Shown: positions 56,084 through 64,000 of the stretch, in pieces
Layout of the letters: every line of letters starts with the position of its first letter
Numbering within the stretch: position 1 is the first letter of the stretch
NCBI RefSeq assembly: GCF_009914755.1
Contig: NC_060941.1
DNA length: 64,000 nucleotides
Strand: one strand, 5' to 3'
Source: the human T2T-CHM13v2.0 reference genome, Homo sapiens
Made by a program: the position numbers and the translations under genes
The notes under the pieces: model-generated
What the model saw: only the letters and a program-made list of their open reading frames with translations
Database searches by the model: none
Told to the model about the DNA's origin: nothing

Positions 56084-56554
56084 AAAGAAATGTATTCATT
56101 AAAAATAGGTGTGTAGGTGAGTTTATTCTCTTCCGTGTCTTCAAACTCCAGGTAGTACTTGTCCATGAAATTTCTCTGTAATAACTGGAACTCGTTATCC
56201 ATGATAACGTTCTCTAAATATCCAACCACAACAGCAAATTCATCAGAGGTGGAGGAGAAAGACAGCACAAAGCTCTCTTCTTCTAAGGTGTCCATCACTG
56301 CAGCCCCGAGCAGGCTCCTACCCCGCCTGTGGCCCAACCTGCATGCAGGGCGTGGCGGGCGGCCGGGTTAAGGTCTCGCAGCCAAAGCTGCGGCATGCTC
56401 ACTGCCCAGTCAGGGCAGCACCTGCGTGCCAGGCCCAGCCCTGGGTTAGGGCCCCGCCGGGCCCTCTGTGCATACCGCCGACACTGCGGGCCAAGGTCTC
56501 GGTGACTCCAAAATGATTTTTATGGTTTTATGATTTTACTTCACCCAGAATTGA

Positions 56555-56877
<323 letters not shown>

Positions 56878-58336
56878 TGATCCACCCGCCTCGGCCTCCC
56901 AAAGTGCTGGGATTACAGGCGTGAGCCACCGCACCCGTCACTTGATCTCTTTTAAAGGGAGGACTGTACTCTGGACTCACCCTCACCCTTGCACTTTTGG
57001 AAGCGTTCCTGGACATTAGACCCATCCTCTGAAAGGAACTTGTCCTGTTCCTTCTCCTCAGTTTCTGTACACGTCCTTACTGTGCAGAGTGCACACGGGA
57101 GCGCACTCAGGGCTGGGTGAGGAAACAGACAAACCGTCCTTGAGAAACGTGAGGTCTGCTTAGGAAGGCTGCAGGAAGGCACAGAGGAGAGCCCCGGAAG
57201 GGAGGGAGCTGGTGCTCAGGGAGGGCTGATTTTCAGCAGACGCTCAATTTGGAAAGCCTTTGGGGGAAAGGTAATTGCTCAGAATTGCAAATCCTTTTCT
57301 TCATGTTTAGCGTTAAAGAATAACAGCCCACGTTTTCTCTGAAAGCTTTAAAATTTCTGAATCATTAGAGTCCAGTCAATGTGGTTTTAATACATGTAGC
57401 AACAGAATGAAGGAACATCCATCCTGGGTTTGATCAAATTACAACAGCCTTAAATTACCTTAGAAACATAGTTACTTTATTCTATTTGTGTCTACATTAA
57501 ATGTCTCATTAATTCCTCATATTTTCTGGAGTCTTGTTGGCTGGCAAATCACAAGTAATCTTTCTTCATTTGCCCTTGGAGTTGTTGTCAGGGAGATGGA
57601 TTGGAGAATAAAATAGGTTAGAATCTATTCTGATGCTGCGAACTGGGTTCTTTTACGTTTTCAGGACAGAAAATAGCAGCTCCCCAATTCCACAGACTTA
57701 CTTTGCGTCTCGTAAGTGATGGTGGTGGTGACGCAGGGGCAGGGCTTCTGGCCCGTGTCACGTTCTTCTGCTCACATGGCTGGAGTATGGCCCCAAAGTC
57801 ACCTTTTCTGCTTCCACATTCCCACTGTGCTAACCTTCTTTCCTCCTAAGAGCATGCAAATTAAATGACTCCACATCAGTCAGTACAGCCACAGCCTTCA
57901 CTTCGGGGCTTGTTGACTGTTGTCTGTTCTTCAGCCTCGGATGCTGCGTGGGGTAGCTCTTTCTGAGTCCCCGCTTAGGAGGACTGGTCCTGGTAGAACA
58001 GCGAGAGGGGAAGTCGTCCTTCTCAGGCAGTGGCTGGGATTGCCATTTGCACTGCTTGAGGGTTTTATATTACCATCGTGTGGGTTTGCTTTTCTTCAGT
58101 CCTAGTCTCAGAATCTACCTTCTACTTCACACTTAAAATTCTGAGAGCAGTTGGCAAAGCTTTGCCTTCTCTGTCTTTGTCGGGGCACCAATAACAGTCA
58201 TGTTTGATTTTCTGGAGGAATTGATAGAAAGATTGGGCGTCAGCTAAAGCCAAATAAAACATTATAGCAGTATCTGTGGTTATTAGAATATCTGAAATCT
58301 CATCTGATGCCCTTACCTATAAACAGTTTCACAAAT

Positions 58337-59660
58337 CCCACACATGGCCTAGCCCACCTCTTCATGTCGCCCATGAAGTAGCTCCATCCACAGGGCCCAG
58401 ATCCCTCCCACACATGGCCTAGCCCTCCTCTCCATGTCACCCATGAAGTAGCTCCATCCACAGGGCCCAGATCCCTCCCACACATGGCCTAGCCCTCCTC
58501 TCCATGTCACCCATGAAGTAGCTCCATCCACAGGGCCCAGATCCCTCCCACACATGGCCTAGCCCTCCTCTCCATGTCACCCATGAAGTAGCTCCATCCA
58601 CGGGCCCATATCCCTCCCACACATGGCCTAGCCCTCCTCTCCATGTCACCCATGAAGTAGCTCCATCCACAGGGCCCAGATCCCTCCCACACATGGCCTA
58701 GCCCTCCTCTCCATGTCACCCATGAAGTAGCTCCATCCACAGGTCCCAGATCCCTCCCACACATGGCCTAGCCCACCTCTCCATGTCGCCCATGAAGTAG
58801 CTCCATCCACAGGGCCCAGATCCCTCCCACACATGGCCCAGCCCTCCTCTCCATGTCGCCCATGAAGTAGCTCCATCCACAGGGCCCAGATCCCTCCCAC
58901 ACATGGCCTAGCCCACCTCTCCATGTCGCCCATGAAGTAGCTCCATCCACAGGGCCCAGATCCCTCCCACACATGGCCTAGCCCTCCTCTCCATGTCACC
59001 CGTGAAGTAGCTCCATCCACAGGGCCCAGATCCCTCCCACACATGGCCTAGCCCTCCTCTCCATGTCGCCGGTGAAGTAGCTCCATCCACAGGGCCCAGA
59101 TCCCTCCCACACATGGCCCAGCCCACCTCTCCATGTCACCATGAAGTAGCTCCCATCCACAGGGCCCAGATCCTTCCCACACATGGCCCAGCCCTCCTCT
59201 CCATGTCACCCATGAAGTAGCTCCATCCACAGGGCCCAGATCCCTCCCACACATGGCCCAGCCCACCTCTCCATGTCACCCATGAAGTAGCTCCGTCCAC
59301 AGGGCCCAGATCCCTCCCACACATGGCCCAGCCCACCTCTCCATGTCACCCATGAAGTAGCTCCATCCACAGGGCCCAGATCCCTCCCACACATGGCCCA
59401 GCCCTCCTCTCCATGTCACCCGTGAAGTAGCTCCATCCACAGGGCCCAGATCCCTCCCACACATAGCCCACCCCTCCTCTCCATGTCACCCGTGAAGTAG
59501 CTCCATCCACAGGGCCCAGATCCCTCCCACACATGGCCTAGCCCTCCTCTCCATGTCACCCATGAAGTAGCTCCATCCACAGGGCCCAGATCCCTCCCAC
59601 ACATGGCCTAGCCCTCCTCTCCATGTCGCCCGTGAAGTAGCTCCATCCACAGGGCCCAGA
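58337..59660. repeat. 70-bp VNTR, ~19 copies
   Basis: Unit TCCCTCCCACACATGGCCTAGCCCTCCTCTCCATGTCACCCATGAAGTAGCTCCATCCACAGGGCCCAGA recurs every 70 bp (58681, 58751, 58821 ... 59591). Confidence 0.98.
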
Positions 59661-60011
59661 GGCATTAGGATGGCACTTGGACAACCCCTGAGATGGGTTG
59701 TAAAGTGTTATTTTATATTTTGTATGTTGGATTTCTTAGTCACCTTTGACGATTTGAAATTCAGGCTGAGGCTTGCAATTCTAATAAGGTTAATTGGGGA
59801 ATTTAGAAATGATTTTTGGATAGCTCCAGATTTTGTTTTGAGTGATCACCATTTTAACACTTTAATAGCTTAATTTTAAATCTACACATTAATGTAAATT
59901 CACGAAATGTTTCTATGAACCCATGACGTTCGTCCGGCTTTGGCCTGAGTCAGGTCCCAGCGGGGGCTTTCTTCAGGGTGTCTGTCAACTCTTAGCTGGG
60001 CTTTTTTCTGA

Positions 60012-60449
<438 letters not shown>

Positions 60450-61434
60450 TGAGCCACCATGCCTGGCCAATTTTTGTATGTTCAGTAGAGACGGGGTTTC
60501 ACCATGTTGGCCAGGCTGGCCTCAAACTCCTGACCTCAACTGAGCCGCTGCGCCCGTCTGGCTTTTTGTAATAGAAAGAATGATGCACTGATGAGGAGCT
60601 GGGAGGGAAATTTTTCCTGTGTACGTTACGAAATTATTTCAAAGTTCAAATAAAAAAACAGGTACTTTGCCAAGTCCTCTCTTCCTGGAAGATGGTGTCC
60701 ATCCTGATTTTCAGCCTCCTGCTCATTTTTCTTTTTTGCTGGTTTACCAAATACTTTATACTGGATTAATTTACTTTTAATGGCATGACAGATTCTGTAA
60801 GCTAATTCTGTGCGAAAAAGTATTTTAACAGAATGGCTCACATCAGCTCTGTTTGTCTCCAAGCAGGGAGAGGTTGGCAGCTAAGTCATTGCCTCCACCT
60901 GGAATGCTCAGTGCTGACAGTTGCAGTCCTGGGTTTCCCACCTTGAAAGGAGATGGAGTCAGAAATGGCCTCTGTCTGCGCTGTGTGGATTGCTCATCCC
61001 TCCTGTTGCCAGCTCTCCACCCTGCCTCCCGGGGCCCGTTCTGCCACAGAGTGAGGTGTCCTTTCCTCTTTGGAAGCCCATAGCAGCCTTGGGCTGAAGG
61101 GCTCAAACCCCAGGCTGCTACTTCCCTTGAGAATTGCTCACCCAGGCGGGAGGGCTGCTCCTTCCACACAGCACAGCCTGTAAACGTCACTCTCTGTCAT
61201 CGTTTATAAGCATGATGACTGGGTTTTCACGCTTCCCCATAGGATGGGCCTTCCTTAAATCTTGTTATGTTGTCAGCACATTACTTGTGTGACGCAAAAG
61301 AAAAAAAATTCACTCTTGCAGTCTGCCAGGCCCAACATGTAGGTTTCTGCTTTTTAGGGCACTAAAACGAGGACACATTTTTATTTCTCAGCAAATAAAT
61401 ATGTGAATTCTACGTATTTTTTTATGTTTCATAG

Positions 61435-61629
<195 letters not shown>

Positions 61630-62700
61630 TAAGGAAAAAGAAGAACAAAAGGCCTCACTTCGTGCTTACTAAACTTACCTTCAGTGTATTGGGAAAATTT
61701 CCTTTTGAAAATGAAGGAACTACTAAATGCATTATGATTAAATGTTGGGATGGGGATTTGAGCAAAAGTGTTGGGTGCTGCCCAGGTGTTTCTGGTTCTA
61801 GTGGCTGAAACATTTGAGACGATTTGCAAAGTTTAAACTGCACTCGACGCAGTGATTGTTGCTTCATGGGGCTCATCGCATGTTGTTCATACCAGTGCCA
61901 CGTCGACGTTTTTCCTTTCCCTTGGCACAGGAAAAGTTCTTTAAAACTACTTTTTAGGCCGGGCGCTGTGGCTCACGCCTGTAATCCCAGCATTTTGGGA
62001 GGCCGAGGCGGGCGGATCACCTGAGGTCAGGAGGTCGAGATCAGCCTGGCCAATATGGTCAAACCCCGTCTCTACTAAAAATACAAAAAAATTAGCCGGG
62101 CGCGGTGGCGCGCGCCTGTAATCCCAGCTACTCGGGAGCCTGAGGCAGGAGAATCGCTTGAACCCGGAAAGGCAGAGATTGCAGTGAGCCGAGATTGCGC
62201 CACTTCGTTCTAGCCTGGGCAAAACAGCGAAACTCCGTCTCAAAACAAAAATACACTACTTTTTAGCTGCTTAAGTTCGAGTTGACTTATACAGTGTTAA
62301 TTTGCCTGAGTTTAAATACTTATTTTTAGCTTCACTAATACTGTTTTTAACCAAAAAAAAATGAGCGTAACGTAAGTCTTAAATGCCCACGGACCTGCTC
62401 GCTGCCGGCTCCACCGTCAGTGCACGGGAGCTGCTTAGAGAGGGCAGCTGGCTCCGCCCCACAGCCGTGCCGCGTATGTGGGTGAGGGCCCGTGACGGCC
62501 CTGTCCCACACAGGCTGAGTCTGTCTACCCGAGTGTCCCGCTCAGTTCACAGGCGTAGGCGTGCAGAGACGTAGAACTTACACAACAGTACTTGGTTGTC
62601 AGGAGACAAATGACACCCCCTTTGCAAAGTGCACTTATTAAAACAGCAAGTGCTTTCTGAGTGCGTCAGCTGTAACCATGCAATGTCTTCTTCTCGGTGA

Positions 62701-62919
<219 letters not shown>

Positions 62920-64000
62920 TGAGCCAGACGCGGACGCCTGGGCTCCACAGAGAAGAAACAGCCGGACTGGAGGCCTGCCTGTCCCTCTGTACCTTATACT
63001 AGTACCTGATTTTATAGGCCTTGGAAAACTAATAGCACTGGGAGTGTTTTTTAAAAATCAATGAAGGTTCTTTAAACGACACTGAGTAGATGCCTGAAAT
63101 AACTTAGAATTAACCTGTTTCTTAGTTTGTCATTCAAAAATCCATGAAACAGCCCCCGCACCCCCACCCCCCGCAAAAAAATCAAAACAAAACAAAAACC
63201 CATGAAGTAGACAAACTAGACACTGGAAGCAAAAACATGTCCTTTTTTTTTTTTTTTTTTTTTTTGAGACAGAGTCTCACTTTGTCACCAGGCTGGAATC
63301 TTGGCTCGTTGCAACCTCTGCCTCCCAGGTTCAAAGAATTCTCCTGCCTCAGCTTCCCGAGTAGCTGGGACTACAGGCACACACCACCACACCCAGCTGC
63401 TAATTTTTGTATTTTTAGTAGAGACAGGGTTTCACCATGTTGGCCAGGATGGTCTCAATCTCTTGACCTCGTGACCTCATGATCCACCTGCCTTGGCCTC
63501 CCAAAGTGCTGGGCGTACAGGCGTGAGCCACCACGCCCAGCCTAACATGTCCATTTTAAGGAATAGGTAAAACAGTTTGCAGTTTACTTAGTCATAATGT
63601 GGAATAAAAATGTGTGCCCTGGGGAATTAAACAAACAAACATAGTGTGGAAATGTGTCCAAACTGTCTGTTACAGTTGACAGAAAGTGAATTGGGTCATT
63701 TGGGATTCCTGGCCCTGCCGGGCCAGAGAACAGCCCTCCCCTGCCCACTGGCGGTGGCCCCTGACAGCCATGTCTCCCTCTCTTTGCTCTAAGCCCCCAA
63801 ACCATGGCAGAGGCCCCTGACAGCCGTGTCTCTCTCTCTGCTCTAAGCCCCCAAACCACAAAGGGCAGAGGCTGGGTGCCAGAGGCTCTGTGACAGCCCC
63901 ACTCTGTTTTTGAACTTTCTGCTTCCCTTCCACTCGTTACAGGAGGAAGATGTTGATCCTAGGTGAGTGTGGCCCTCGTCTTTCTGGCCTACAGGGGCAG

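Larger units (their letters stand above)
53829..56505 (-). pseudogene. ARL2BPP9: Processed pseudogene of ARL2BP (BART), antisense within FOXK2 intron 4; CDS remnant 56295->55514
   Basis: Minus-strand translations MDTLEEESFVLSFSSTSDEFAVVVGYLENVIMDNEFQLLQRNFMDKYYLEFEDTEENKLTYTPIFNEYIS / LVEKYIEEQLLERISGFNMAAFTTTLQHHKNEAAGDIFDMLL / DYRAEKEGRGLDLSSGLVVTSLCQSSSVPASQNNLRH match ARL2BP without introns. Lesions: Alu insertion, a frameshifting deletion near 55635, and TGG at the expected stop (55514-55516). GC-rich 5'UTR-like segment to ~56505; long 3'UTR-like segment ending in ATTAAA (53850-53855, minus) and a short A-tract. Outer ends are approximate and the pseudogene number is from memory. Confidence 0.93.

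Noticed and set aside
53815-56535. Target-site duplication for the ARL2BP retrocopy (ATGATTT-like sequence at both ends)
   Set aside because: Too short and degenerate to call, so the retrocopy ends remain approximate.
58300-59604. Series of near-identical minus-strand ORFs, and CRISPR-like periodicity
   Set aside because: Pure tandem repeat with no unique spacers and no cas genes, in human intronic context.

Overview
Human (primate) genomic DNA lying entirely within the forkhead transcription factor gene FOXK2 on the + strand. The window opens inside the long first intron and contains five internal coding exons with canonical AG/GT boundaries: 42277-42471, 46969-47116, 50641-50787, 61435-61628 and 62706-62881 (exons 2-6 by the usual numbering). 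They splice into one open frame covering the end of the FHA domain, a Ser/Pro-rich linker, the whole forkhead domain with its basic NLS, and the start of the C-terminal region. Intron 4 holds an antisense processed pseudogene of ARL2BP that was later hit by an Alu and by a CpG-rich 41-bp minisatellite expansion, followed by a ~19-copy 70-bp VNTR. The rest is very Alu-dense, with older L1, L2, MIR, Tigger3, MER20 and MER30 fragments and many small local tandem duplications. Almost all ORFs in the supplied track are Alu or tandem-repeat artefacts. I see no new protein-coding system. The best leads are RNA-level and untested: (i) a nested set of possible back-spliced circles sharing a strong-context AUG in exon 2, two of which would have no stop codon; (ii) candidate poison micro/cryptic exons in introns 4 and 6; (iii) repeat-generated regulatory motif arrays. 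Gene, subfamily and literature identifications are from memory, not from database searches. Repeat boundaries are approximate.
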